Assembly (NCBI GenBank): GCA_947313885.1
Contig: CAMZNU010000020.1
Location: 437-64,436, forward strand
DNA length: 64,000 nucleotides
Direction: 5' to 3'
DNA from: an uncultured Clostridia bacterium
Lineage (GTDB): Bacteria; Bacillota; Clostridia; Lachnospirales; CAMZNU01
Positions within the stretch are counted from its first letter, which is position 1. The number at the start of each line of letters is the position of its first letter. The position numbers and the translations under genes were made by a program. Of this stretch, positions 30,501 through 39,373 are shown piece after piece. Below the pieces are notes generated by a model. That model was not told where the DNA came from and made no database searches. It saw only the letters and a list, made by a program, of their open reading frames with translations.

Positions 30501-31373
30501 TTCTAGCCCATTACACTGTTCACTTATTTTTACGTACTCTCTAGCAAACCCTACAGCATATCCTATCTCTTTTTTCACTTCTTCTTTTATACCTTTTATC
30601 CATTTAGAACTATCTATATTTTCTGTTGTAATACCTTTATACGATTCTACTTTTTCTTCTAACCACAACATAGGAAATGGATTATTGTTCGCTTTAATAA
30701 AAATACCTAATACTAACTCTTGTAACTTATTATCAAATATTTTGTCCCCATATATTTCTATTAAATCAACAAAGTCTTTCCCGTCTATTTTTTTTAAATC
30801 TTCTATTCTTTCCAGATCTTCTACATTGTTTGCATACTTACAATACAAATCATTAAATAATTCTACTATTATCTCTTTTTTTAATAAACTATTTTCCTTG
30901 TCATCTATAATTCTAAAATTTGGATCAACGTCACATTCTGTAAAATATTCTTTTATTAACTTCCTACAAAAACTATGTATTGTACTTATATTCGCAATTT
31001 CTACTAAGTACTCTTGTTCTAATAAATATTCTATATTTTCTCCAACTTCAATTTTCTCTTTAATTTTTTCTTTAATTCTTTTTTTAATTCGAATTTTCAT
31101 TTCTCTAGCTGATAGTTCTGTAAATGTTACGACTACTAACTTATCTATACTTATTTTATCTTCTATCATTAACTTTATTATTCTTTCTACTAATACATAT
31201 GTTTTTCCTGACCCTGCTGATGCCGATACTAATACATTTTTATCACGTACATCTATAGCTTCTTTTTGTTCCTTTGTGTATTTATTTTCACTTGTCGAAT
31301 TTTCTTTTTTCTCTCTACTATCCTTATCTTCTTTTTCTACAGCACCATCGTACTCTTTAGTATGTTTATCCAT
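27594..31373 (-). CDS. addA: ATP-dependent helicase/nuclease AddA-like protein (UvrD-type helicase with a C-terminal PD-(D/E)xK nuclease)
   Basis: A Walker A motif lies in TKEQKEAIDVRDKNVLVSASAGSGKT. The protein has UvrD helicase length. The C-terminal RecB-type nuclease motif is GIIDCYF...IVDYKSD. Confidence 0.8.
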   Translation of the reverse strand: MDKHTKEYDGAVEKEDKDSREKKENSTSENKYTKEQKEAIDVRDKNVLVSASAGSGKTYVLVERIIKLMIEDKISIDKLVVVTFTELSAREMKIRIKKRIKEKIKEKIEVGENIEYLLEQEYLVEIANISTIHSFCRKLIKEYFTECDVDPNFRIIDDKENSLLKKEIIVELFNDLYCKYANNVEDLERIEDLKKIDGKDFVDLIEIYGDKIFDNKLQELVLGIFIKANNNPFPMLWLEEKVESYKGITTENIDSSKWIKGIKEEVKKEIGYAVGFAREYVKISEQCNGLEPYIESSLIEKSKMEKLHYLMNEDDITYLELQNMIESIQFGRLKSIKKSDEIDEYDKDKYKIYRDKSKKIIEGLKENYFFGTIETYVNDFNKLGKHFDVLHNIVKSFNSRYLIEKKKLNVLDYDDLEQFTINLLYEEGTTINNPIYKPIAKDIQNKYEKILIDEYQDCNEIQELIFLGISKENEGIKNRFIVGDVKQSIYGFRGANPKLFVEKFNKYKKEDEADEIRIDLAENFRSREVVLEGINFIFNQIMKEELGGVTYRGVNELIKGNIDNYPSTDKNVSKDIEVVVGDLETIGDEERVKEEIEGIIICNKIKEMVSGDKTLYVKDEEGYRKAQYKDIVILTKSRTHINSIMKIFKEEGIPYSGTGTGNFFESVEIQVLLNYLQIIDNPMQDIGLIAVLKSPLYGFTSDELIEIKSHKYGIDMYYCLCNACVNELLKSKIEQFLEDLEMFTAMKRKMVISELITEIVNVTNYNLFIGTLPNEKNRLSNIKMLIEKASEYEKTNYTSLFNFVSYISKLNKNKIEISGSSTNVENDNVIRFLTIHQSKGLEFPIVILALSNSQFNMMDERQNFIVHNKLGISSKAVDLEYRVETETLARNLSKSFVKKERIEEEIRVLYVALTRAEEKLIITSITKDFQKDIEKYELEIGNENIEHSTYLLERAKSFYEMIMPSIMRNKKVMEQIGIEGYGYENTNEYIENFDLKMKVEIIESIEKDKRKVEEEKEGLTDKLGEVLKTGITEEGINNIEEYLAFNYKYEGSVKLPSKISIRDIKKIVLKEEEEKYKVDEIYATFENKITAMNKGVIIHKVIEWISNEKRFMECDVDKLIEDLINKKIIKEEEIKTVDKKIFYNFIKSDLYTRMLNSKEVEEEKHFVLELLAKDYYGEVEDDEKILLNGIIDCYFVEEDEIVIVDYKSDYVTDENMDNLIKQYKVQLDIYKEVLENTTDKKVKQCIIHFLKINKSVCTI

Positions 31374-31393
31374 TTTATAACCTTCCCTATTTT

Positions 31394-31431
31394 AAAAAAG
31401 CTATACATATTAAAATACGTATAGCTTTTTA
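31394..31431 (-). terminator. Hairpin terminator downstream of yajC
   Basis: The stem agctatac / gtatagct has flanking A and T runs; read directly. Confidence 0.6.
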
Positions 31432-31439
31432 TTATTTTG

Positions 31440-31850
31440 CTACTTTGTTATTACTTTAAATACTTCTCTTTTACTTACTGGTATGTTTATCCCTTTGTTA
31501 GTTCCGAATTCTACTATCACTCTTTCTTCTTCAACTGACACAACTTTTCCGAAAAATCCACTACTAGTATAGATTTCATCGCCTGATGCTATTTCATCTT
31601 GCATTTTTTGCACAATAGCTTTTTTCTTTTTCTGTGATCTTGACATTAAAATATACGCTACTGCAAATAGTGCATACATCCCTATTATCATTGGCATATT
31701 AAGACCACCTAAACTGTTTGGTTGTGCTGTGGCTACTGGGTTTACTTCTACTGTACTTATTGCAGTGTTTTTATCAACTTTTTTATCTGATTTTGATTCT
31801 GCATTTATTATACCGTCACCTGTTGCATACAATGTTTTATTTTTTATCAT
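31440..31850 (-). CDS. yajC: Preprotein translocase subunit YajC, with an N-terminal extension; the start is uncertain.
   Basis: It has a single TM segment followed by the YajC-like block RSQKKKKAIVQKMQDEIASGDEIYTSSGFFGKV. It sits downstream of tgt, as in many bacteria. Confidence 0.75.
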   Translation of the reverse strand: MIKNKTLYATGDGIINAESKSDKKVDKNTAISTVEVNPVATAQPNSLGGLNMPMIIGMYALFAVAYILMSRSQKKKKAIVQKMQDEIASGDEIYTSSGFFGKVVSVEEERVIVEFGTNKGINIPVSKREVFKVITK

Positions 31851-32043
31851 TTTAATTTTCTCCCTTTTTCTTTACCATGTAAAGGTATTATTAACCTTTA
31901 TATATAATTTTTCTTTAGACTAATCTATCTAAGTTATTAATTACTTTACTCATTTATTTTTATATTAAATAAAATATAACTTTCTACAATTATATAAATT
32001 TACTTTTAACTTGTCAACTTATATGCCTTTTATCAATATGTAA

Positions 32044-33174
32044 TTAATTTTTTTGCGAATATTCTTCTATTCTTTTATTTTTAAATTCTTTATATTCCCC
32101 TCTTTCTATAGCCGTTCTTATGTCTTCCATTAAATTATTATAAAAATATAAGTTATGAAGTACACATAAACGCATCGCTAACATTTCTTTTGCTTTAAAT
32201 AAATGTCTTATATATGCTCTTGAATATTTTTTACAAACAGGACATTCGCAATTGTCATCTATTGGTCTTTCATCTAATTGGTATTTTAAATTATTTAAAT
32301 TTAATTTTCCTATTGATGTGAACACTTGACCATGTCGCCCATTTCTCGCTGGCAACACACAGTCAAAAAAATCTACTCCTCTATCAACAGCTTCTAATAT
32401 ATTTATAGGTGTCCCAACTCCCATTAAATATGTTGGTTTTTCTCGTGGTAAGTGTGGCACTACATCATCTAATACTTTATACATTTCCTCATGTGTCTCT
32501 CCTACTGCTAATCCTCCTATAGCATATCCGTCTAAATTTAATTTTGATATTTCTTTTGCATGTTCTATTCTTATATCCGAAAATACCCCGCCTTGATTTA
32601 TACCAAACAACATCTGGTTTTTATTTATCGTATGTTTTTTTTTATTTAATATTTCGATTTCTTTTATGCATCGGTGTAACCATCTTGTCGTTCTATCTAC
32701 TGATGGTTGTATATATTCTCTGTCTGCTTTCGCCGGCGGACATTCATCAAATGCCATCGCTATTGTTGAGCCTATGTTCGATTGTATTTGCATACTCTCC
32801 TCTGGCCCCATAAATATTTTCCTTCCATCTATATGTGATCTGAATTCTACACCCTTTTCTGTTATTTTCCTTAACCCTGTTAAAGAAAATACTTGAAATC
32901 CACCTGAATCTGTTAATATCGGTTTGTCCCATACCATAAATTTATGCAACCCGCCCATTTTTTTTATAATATCATCTCCTGGTCTTAAATGTAGGTGATA
33001 TGTATTTGATAATTCAACTTGGCATTTTATTTCCTCTAAATCTTCTGTTGAAACCGCACCTTTAATAACTCCTATCGTACCAACATTCATAAACACAGGC
33101 GTTTGTATTATTCCATGCACTGTATGAAATTCACCTCTTTTTGCTAACCCATCTTCTTTTAATAGTTTGTACAT
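32044..33174 (-). CDS. tgt: Queuine tRNA-ribosyltransferase
   Basis: It has the DSGGFQ motif and the zinc site CECPVCKKYSRAYIRHL. Confidence 0.95.
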   Translation of the reverse strand: MYKLLKEDGLAKRGEFHTVHGIIQTPVFMNVGTIGVIKGAVSTEDLEEIKCQVELSNTYHLHLRPGDDIIKKMGGLHKFMVWDKPILTDSGGFQVFSLTGLRKITEKGVEFRSHIDGRKIFMGPEESMQIQSNIGSTIAMAFDECPPAKADREYIQPSVDRTTRWLHRCIKEIEILNKKKHTINKNQMLFGINQGGVFSDIRIEHAKEISKLNLDGYAIGGLAVGETHEEMYKVLDDVVPHLPREKPTYLMGVGTPINILEAVDRGVDFFDCVLPARNGRHGQVFTSIGKLNLNNLKYQLDERPIDDNCECPVCKKYSRAYIRHLFKAKEMLAMRLCVLHNLYFYNNLMEDIRTAIERGEYKEFKNKRIEEYSQKN

Positions 33175-33272
33175 TATTATCTCCTATATGTATATTTGTG
33201 TTTGTCCTTTTTTTTCTATACTATTATAGTATATATTTATTCAAAAATACATTTAAAAATTATGGAGGCAAT

Positions 33273-34424
33273 ATGACTAACAATATAAAATTAATAGCTA
33301 CTACTACTTTTGGTCTAGAAGCTATTGCAAAACGCGAACTATTAAACCTTGGATTCGATAATCTCAAAGTTAGTGACGGTCGTGTTGACTTTACTGGTAC
33401 TTTTGAATCTATTCCCCTTGCTAATATTTGGCTACGTACTGCTGATAGAATATTACTAAATGTCGGCGAATTCGAAGCTTTAACTTTTGATTCTCTCTTT
33501 GAATCTACTAAGGCTTTACCATGGGCTGATTTGATTCCTGAAAAAGGCAACTTTATCATAAACGGTAAATCTGTAAAATCTACTTTATTTAGTATTTCTG
33601 ATTGTCAATCAATCGTTGAAAAAGCTATCGTAGAAAAACTTAAATTAACTTACAATGTTACTTGGTTTGAAAAATCTGGACCAACTTATAAAATTTTAGT
33701 ATCAATATTAAAAGATAGGGTTACATTAAGTATTGACACCTCTGGTGTTGGACTCCATAAACGTGGATATCGTGAAGCTACTGTTACTGCACCTCTTAAA
33801 GAAACTTTAGCTTCCGCTTTAATAGATCTTAGTTATTGGAACAAAGACCGCGTACTTATGGATCCTGTTTGTGGATCTGGAACTATACTTATTGAAGCGG
33901 CTATGATCGCTCGTAATATAGCACCTGGACTTAATAGAACTTTTGTATCTGAGCAATGGGATTTTATCCCTGATGAGCTTTGGAAAAAAGTTCGTAAAAA
34001 TGCATACTCTGTTATTAATCATGATTTGGAATTGAAAATGATTGGTTCTGATTTTGATGAAGAAAATATTAACATAGCTAAAAATAATGCTTATAAAGCT
34101 GGCGTTGATGATTGTATAGAATTTAAAGTTATGGATTTTAAAGATGTAACCTTAAATGACAAATACGGTGTTATTATTTGTAACCCACCTTATGGCGAGC
34201 GAATTGGTTCTTTAGTTGAAGTTGAAAATTTATACAGAGACATGGGGCATCTTCTACAAACTGATAGCACTTGGTCTTTTTATGTCATTACTTCACACGA
34301 AGAGTTTGAAAAACTTTACAGAAAAAAAGCCAATAAAAAAAGAAAACTATTTAACGGTATGATTAAAACGGATTACTACCAATATTTCGGTGATAGACCT
34401 CCAAAAAATTATTTCGATAAATAA
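33273..34424 (+). CDS. THUMP-domain class I SAM-dependent RNA methyltransferase, with the start reassigned to Met45 of the track ORF.
   Basis: An SD sequence GGAGG precedes the ATG at 33273. The SAM motif DPVCGSGT and the catalytic NPPYG are present. The region upstream in the track ORF is hydrophobic junk that overlaps tgt. Confidence 0.85.
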   Translation: MTNNIKLIATTTFGLEAIAKRELLNLGFDNLKVSDGRVDFTGTFESIPLANIWLRTADRILLNVGEFEALTFDSLFESTKALPWADLIPEKGNFIINGKSVKSTLFSISDCQSIVEKAIVEKLKLTYNVTWFEKSGPTYKILVSILKDRVTLSIDTSGVGLHKRGYREATVTAPLKETLASALIDLSYWNKDRVLMDPVCGSGTILIEAAMIARNIAPGLNRTFVSEQWDFIPDELWKKVRKNAYSVINHDLELKMIGSDFDEENINIAKNNAYKAGVDDCIEFKVMDFKDVTLNDKYGVIICNPPYGERIGSLVEVENLYRDMGHLLQTDSTWSFYVITSHEEFEKLYRKKANKKRKLFNGMIKTDYYQYFGDRPPKNYFDK

Positions 34425-34487
34425 AAATTTTATATGCTTGTAAAAAAATATGTTTTACTATATAATTAAGTAAAAAAAGGAGGGTTT

Positions 34488-35045
34488 TTGGTGGCTAAAG
34501 CAAAATTAACAAGTATTACTTCACAATTTTCTGAAGTTGAATACAAATTACTTATATTATATCTTGTCAATCAAATGGAAATTCCTATGCCCTCTAATAA
34601 AATAGAGCAATTCATTTTAGAATCTAATTATATGGATATATACACTCTTAGAAACTGCCTTTCTGATTTACTTGATATTAATTTTCTCGAAAAAGAAAAA
34701 ACTACAGATAGCAACATATCTAGATATACAACATCTTTAGAAGGTTCTGAAAATTTGGAAATGCTTCAAACTAGACTTCCTGCTGTTGTTAGAAATAAAA
34801 TTAAAAAATACATCGATGAAAACCGTCAAGAAGTTAAACGCGAATTAGACGTATCTGCTAATATTTTAGGGTTTCCTGGTGATTACATAGTTAAATGTAG
34901 TGCATACGATGACACACAAATGCTTATTGAATTAAATTTATCAGTAGTTACTTATGAAGAAGCTTACAACATAAAAAAAAATTGGGCCGATAAAGTTGCT
35001 AGTATTTACTCAACTGTTATCAATGAAATGACGCAAGATAAATAA
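34488..35045 (+). CDS. DUF4364-like hypothetical protein. The start is TTG at 34488 or GTG at 34491.
   Basis: A strong SD sequence AAAGGAGGG lies upstream. The family assignment is from memory of Clostridial DUF4364 proteins and is uncertain. Confidence 0.55.
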   Translation: MVAKAKLTSITSQFSEVEYKLLILYLVNQMEIPMPSNKIEQFILESNYMDIYTLRNCLSDLLDINFLEKEKTTDSNISRYTTSLEGSENLEMLQTRLPAVVRNKIKKYIDENRQEVKRELDVSANILGFPGDYIVKCSAYDDTQMLIELNLSVVTYEEAYNIKKNWADKVASIYSTVINEMTQDK

Positions 35046-35054
35046 AATAATTTC

Positions 35055-35090
35055 AAACAAAAATAACACCATTTGGTGTTCTTTTTGTTT
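35055..35090 (+). terminator. Intrinsic terminator after the DUF4364 gene
   Basis: The stem aaacaaaaataacacc / ggtgttctttttgttt has one mismatch; read directly. Confidence 0.7.
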
Positions 35091-35279
35091 GATTATCTTT
35101 ATTAGTTCGTGTATTTGAAGTTACTTTTAAAATCTCGCTATTTTGATCTCTTTATTTAAATTTTATTTTGTTTTTTCATCACTTTTTTCTTTTACTTTGT
35201 AATTATATTTTTGTCAATTTTCTTGCATTTTTCTACTTTTACATTTATAATAACTTTATTATATAAAATGGAGGTAATT

Positions 35280-36611
35280 ATGAAAATAGCTACATTTAAA
35301 CGTGGTGTTCACCCAAAAGATAGTAAGCTTACTGCTTATAATACTATCAAAGATGTTTTACCAAATTTAACTTGCGTTTTAAAATACCCTTTACAGCAAC
35401 ATATAGGTGCACCTTGTAAGCCTCTTGTCGTTGTTGGCGATCGTGTTTTGAAAGGTCAAAAAATCGCTGAAGGTCAAGGGTTTGTTACAACTTCTATACA
35501 CTCTAGTGTATCTGGCGAAGTAACAAAAATTAGCGAAATAATTAATGCAACAGGTGATATTTCTAAAGCAATTTTTATTCAAAATGACAACTTGGAAGAA
35601 ACTGTACCAAATTTTGGCGATAAACGTGATTATTTATCTTTATCTCGTGATGAAATTTTAGCCATCGTTAAAGATTCAGGAATTGTAGGACTTGGCGGTG
35701 CTGGGTTCCCTACACATGTTAAACTAAATCCACCTAAAGATAAAACAATCACTAACATTATTATTAACGGTGCTGAGTGTGAGCCATATTTAACTACAGA
35801 TCACAGAGTTATGTTAGAAAATACCGATAGACTTATAGAATCTATTAAACTTCTTATGCACCTATTCCCAAATGCTAAATGTTCTTTAGGAATAGAAATT
35901 AATAAATTAGATGCTATTAGAAAAATCGAGTCTTTATCTAGTGATATTGAAAATTTTGAAGTTGTTGGTCTTATTCCGAAATACCCACAAGGTGCTGAAA
36001 AACAACTCATATTAGCCATAACTGATAAAGAAGTGCCGTCTGGATCTCTTCCTCACGATATCGGTTGTCTTGTTATTAACGTTGATACCATTTTAGCTGT
36101 TCAAAATGCCGTTTGTAATAACGTTCCTTTAATAGAAAGGATTTTAACTCTTACTGGCGATTGTATTGTTAACCCTGGAAACTATCGTGTTCGTATAGGT
36201 TCTAGCGCTAAAAATATTGTAGAAAGTATCGGCGGTCTTAAAGAAGAACCTTTTAAAGTTATTGCTGGTGGTCCTATGATGGGTAAAGCTATCCATGAAC
36301 TTCAAGTTCCACTTTCTAAAACTACTTCTTCTTTCATTTTCTTAACTGAAAAATCTGGGAAACTCCCTACTGAAAGAAATTGTATCCGTTGTGGTAAATG
36401 CGTTGACTTTTGTCCTGCTGGTCTTTTACCTGTAGAACTTAACCGCATTGTCCTTGACAATAATTTAAATGAATTTGTTCAAAGTGACGGCGTAGATTGT
36501 ATTGAGTGTGGTTCGTGTTCTTATATATGTCCTTCTAAACGACATTTAGCTCAATCAATCAGAGCTTTTAGACGTACAGCACTTTCTAAAAAACTTAGAA
36601 AAGAGAGGTAA
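35280..36611 (+). CDS. rnfC: Rnf electron transport complex subunit C
   Basis: An SD sequence GGAGG precedes the ATG at 35280. It has a GGAGFPT block and two CxxCxxCxxxCP ferredoxin motifs, and it is first in the rnfCDGEAB order. Confidence 0.9.
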   Translation: MKIATFKRGVHPKDSKLTAYNTIKDVLPNLTCVLKYPLQQHIGAPCKPLVVVGDRVLKGQKIAEGQGFVTTSIHSSVSGEVTKISEIINATGDISKAIFIQNDNLEETVPNFGDKRDYLSLSRDEILAIVKDSGIVGLGGAGFPTHVKLNPPKDKTITNIIINGAECEPYLTTDHRVMLENTDRLIESIKLLMHLFPNAKCSLGIEINKLDAIRKIESLSSDIENFEVVGLIPKYPQGAEKQLILAITDKEVPSGSLPHDIGCLVINVDTILAVQNAVCNNVPLIERILTLTGDCIVNPGNYRVRIGSSAKNIVESIGGLKEEPFKVIAGGPMMGKAIHELQVPLSKTTSSFIFLTEKSGKLPTERNCIRCGKCVDFCPAGLLPVELNRIVLDNNLNEFVQSDGVDCIECGSCSYICPSKRHLAQSIRAFRRTALSKKLRKER

Positions 36612-36616
36612 ATAAA

Positions 36617-37585
36617 TTGAATAATATTAAAATTTCTATTTCATCAACACCGCATATTCGTGCTAAACACACGATCAATAGTATTATGCTTGATGTTCTT
36701 ATAGCACTTATACCTGCTACGTTAGCTGGTATTTACTTTTTTGGTGCTAATGCTTTACTTAGAATTATAATTTCTATAGCCTCGGCTATGGGATTTGAAT
36801 ACCTTTTTCAAAAAGGTACTAAACAACCTATTACTTTAAATGATTATAGTGCAATTTTAACAGGGCTTCTTTTAGCTCTTAACTTGTCTTCTACTGTTCC
36901 TCTTTGGGTTCCTGTAGTTGGTAATCTTTTCGCTATAATTATAGTTAAGCAACTTTTTGGTGGACTTGGTCAAAATTTCATGAACCCTGCTCTTGCAGCT
37001 CGTGTTTTCTTAACAATTTCATATGCCGCCGTTGCTAACAATTATTTACCAGCTGATTCAGCTGTTGATGTATTAACTTATGCAACTCCTTTATCAGCTA
37101 TAAAATTTAATGATTTTGTACCCTCTTTTGCCGATTATAAAGATGTGTTTTGGGGTAATGTCGGCGGTAGCGTTGGCGAAACTTCGGCTTTTGCCATTAT
37201 TATTGGTGGTCTTTATCTCATTAGAAAAAAAATTATTGATTGGAAAATACCTGTCATAATTATTGTTTCTGTTTTATTTTTCAGCTTTTTATTCAAAAGA
37301 AATGACCTTGGTTTTCACCCAATATATGAAGCTTTAAGTGGTGGTTTACTATTAGGTGCTTTTTTTATGGCAACTGATTATTCATCATCTCCTATCACTC
37401 CTCTTGGAAATATTATTTTCGCGGTTTGTATAGGGCTTATGATTTCTATTATACGTGCTTTTGGTAGCTACCCGGAAGGTGTTGCCTATGCAATATTATT
37501 TATGAATCTTTGGGTTCCTATTTTAGACCGTTACACTAAACCACGTGTCTTTGGTACTACTAGAGGAGGTAAATCAATTGAATAA
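36617..37585 (+). CDS. rnfD: Rnf complex subunit D
   Basis: This is a polytopic membrane protein of the NqrB/RnfD type. It has the FMN-attachment region FFMATDYSSSP and a TTG start with an SD sequence. Confidence 0.9.
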   Translation: MNNIKISISSTPHIRAKHTINSIMLDVLIALIPATLAGIYFFGANALLRIIISIASAMGFEYLFQKGTKQPITLNDYSAILTGLLLALNLSSTVPLWVPVVGNLFAIIIVKQLFGGLGQNFMNPALAARVFLTISYAAVANNYLPADSAVDVLTYATPLSAIKFNDFVPSFADYKDVFWGNVGGSVGETSAFAIIIGGLYLIRKKIIDWKIPVIIIVSVLFFSFLFKRNDLGFHPIYEALSGGLLLGAFFMATDYSSSPITPLGNIIFAVCIGLMISIIRAFGSYPEGVAYAILFMNLWVPILDRYTKPRVFGTTRGGKSIE

Positions 37586-38192
37586 CATTATTAAAAATGC
37601 TTCTGTATTATTTATAATTTCACTTGTCGCAGGTCTTAGCCTTGCTCTTGTGTTTACTATTACAGAAGAACCTATAAAAGAACAAAATATTAAAATTCAA
37701 AACGAATCTATGCGTACTCTTATAAGAGATGCTGATAATTTTAAACTTGATGAATCTTATACTTTACCAAATGACATAAAAGCTGTATTCACAGCTTTTA
37801 GTGGCGACTCTATTATTGGATATGTAGTTAGTTCATCTTCTATGGGCTATGGCGGTCCTGTTGATGTTTTCACAGCTTTCGATACAAATGCCAATATTAT
37901 TAATATCGATATCGTTGGGCATGCTGAAACTCCAGGACTTGGCGCTCTTGCCGATGGTGATGATTTTAAAAATAACTTTAAAGGTCTTACGGCTCCCCTT
38001 TCTGTTGTAAAAGGTCTTCCTTCTACAGATACAGAAATTGAAGCTATTACTAGCTCAACTATTACTACTAAAGCCGTTGTTGATGCCGTTAATTTATCTT
38101 CGGATTTTATTAACTCATATTTAGCTTCTGTTGTTTCTAATAGTTTTGATTCATTAACAAAAATAATTATTAAGGAGGTTTCTAATGGCTAA
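37578..38192 (+). CDS. rnfG: Rnf complex subunit G, with the start reassigned to the TTG that has an SD sequence.
   Basis: GAGGAGG lies 8 nt upstream of the TTG at 37578. It has an N-terminal TM anchor and an FMN-binding domain with the flavinylation-like motif AITSSTITT. Confidence 0.85.
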   Translation: MNNIIKNASVLFIISLVAGLSLALVFTITEEPIKEQNIKIQNESMRTLIRDADNFKLDESYTLPNDIKAVFTAFSGDSIIGYVVSSSSMGYGGPVDVFTAFDTNANIINIDIVGHAETPGLGALADGDDFKNNFKGLTAPLSVVKGLPSTDTEIEAITSSTITTKAVVDAVNLSSDFINSYLASVVSNSFDSLTKIIIKEVSNG

Positions 38193-38787
38193 ATTTAATA
38201 AATACAAAGAATATTTTTCTCAAGCCTTAATTAGCAACAACCCCGTTTTCTTTCAAGCCCTTGGAATGTGCCCAACTCTTGGTGTTACTTCTACAGCTAT
38301 TAACGGGTTTGGTATGGGTATGGCTACGGCTACTGTTTTAGTTGCCTCTAATTTCTTCATATCTTTAATTAGAAAAATAGTTCCCGCTGAAGTTCGTATA
38401 CCGTCTTTCATTGTCGTTATTGCAACTTTTGTTACTATTATTCAATTCATTTTAAAAGCTTATGTACCATCTTTAGATGCTTCGCTCGGTCTTTTTATAC
38501 CGTTAATTGTTGTTAACTGTTTAATTCTTGCTCGTGCTGAATCTTTTGCATCAAAAAATAATCCTATTGATTCTCTTTTTGATGGGCTTGCTATGGGGCT
38601 TGGATTTACTTTCGCCCTTACTGTATTAGGTGCTATTCGTGAACTTCTTGGCTCTGGTACTTTATTTAATATGCAAGTTTTACCTGAACTATTTCCTAAC
38701 ACTATTATGATGATTTTACCACCTGGTGCTTTCTTAACACTTGGTTTCATATTAGCTTTTATTAATTATAAAAGGAGGGATAAGTAA
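38185..38787 (+). CDS. rnfE: Rnf complex subunit E
   Basis: 200-aa membrane protein of the RnfE/NqrD type (NPVFFQALGMCP). Confidence 0.9.
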   Translation: MAKFNKYKEYFSQALISNNPVFFQALGMCPTLGVTSTAINGFGMGMATATVLVASNFFISLIRKIVPAEVRIPSFIVVIATFVTIIQFILKAYVPSLDASLGLFIPLIVVNCLILARAESFASKNNPIDSLFDGLAMGLGFTFALTVLGAIRELLGSGTLFNMQVLPELFPNTIMMILPPGAFLTLGFILAFINYKRRDK

Positions 38788-39362
38788 TGGACTTACTACT
38801 TATATTTTTAGGTGCTGCATTTGTAAATAACTTTGTTTTAACTAGGTTCTTAGGTATTTGTCCTTTCCTTGGCGTTTCTAAAAAAATTGAAACGGCTTTT
38901 GGTATGGGAATAGCTGTTACTTTTGTAATGGTTCTTGCCTCGGCTACTACGTTTCTTGTTTACGAATTTTTACTCGTTCCACTTAAAATAGAATTTTTAT
39001 ATAATATAGCTTTCATTTTAATAATCGCTTCTCTTGTTCAACTTGTTGAAATGTTTATTAAAAAAAGTAGCCCTACTTTATATCAAGCACTTGGTGTTTT
39101 CTTACCTTTAATAACTACTAACTGTGCCGTTCTTGGTGTTACTGTTATTAATAAAGATGCTAACTACAACTTAATCCAATCTGTTATTAGCTCTCTAGGT
39201 GCGGCTTTTGGTTTCACTCTTGCCATCGTTCTTTTCGCTGGTATCCGTGAAAAAGTAGATAAAAACAATGTTCCTGTATATTTTAAAGGTTTACCAATAT
39301 CTTTAATCGCCGCTGGTTTAATGTCTATAGTTTTCTTAGGCTTTTCTGGCTTAATCAAATAG
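38787..39362 (+). CDS. rnfA: Rnf complex subunit A
   Basis: 191-aa membrane protein of the RnfA/NqrE type (NNFVLTRFLGICPFLGVS). Confidence 0.9.
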   Translation: MDLLLIFLGAAFVNNFVLTRFLGICPFLGVSKKIETAFGMGIAVTFVMVLASATTFLVYEFLLVPLKIEFLYNIAFILIIASLVQLVEMFIKKSSPTLYQALGVFLPLITTNCAVLGVTVINKDANYNLIQSVISSLGAAFGFTLAIVLFAGIREKVDKNNVPVYFKGLPISLIAAGLMSIVFLGFSGLIK

Positions 39363-39373
39363 GAGGTATTTAA

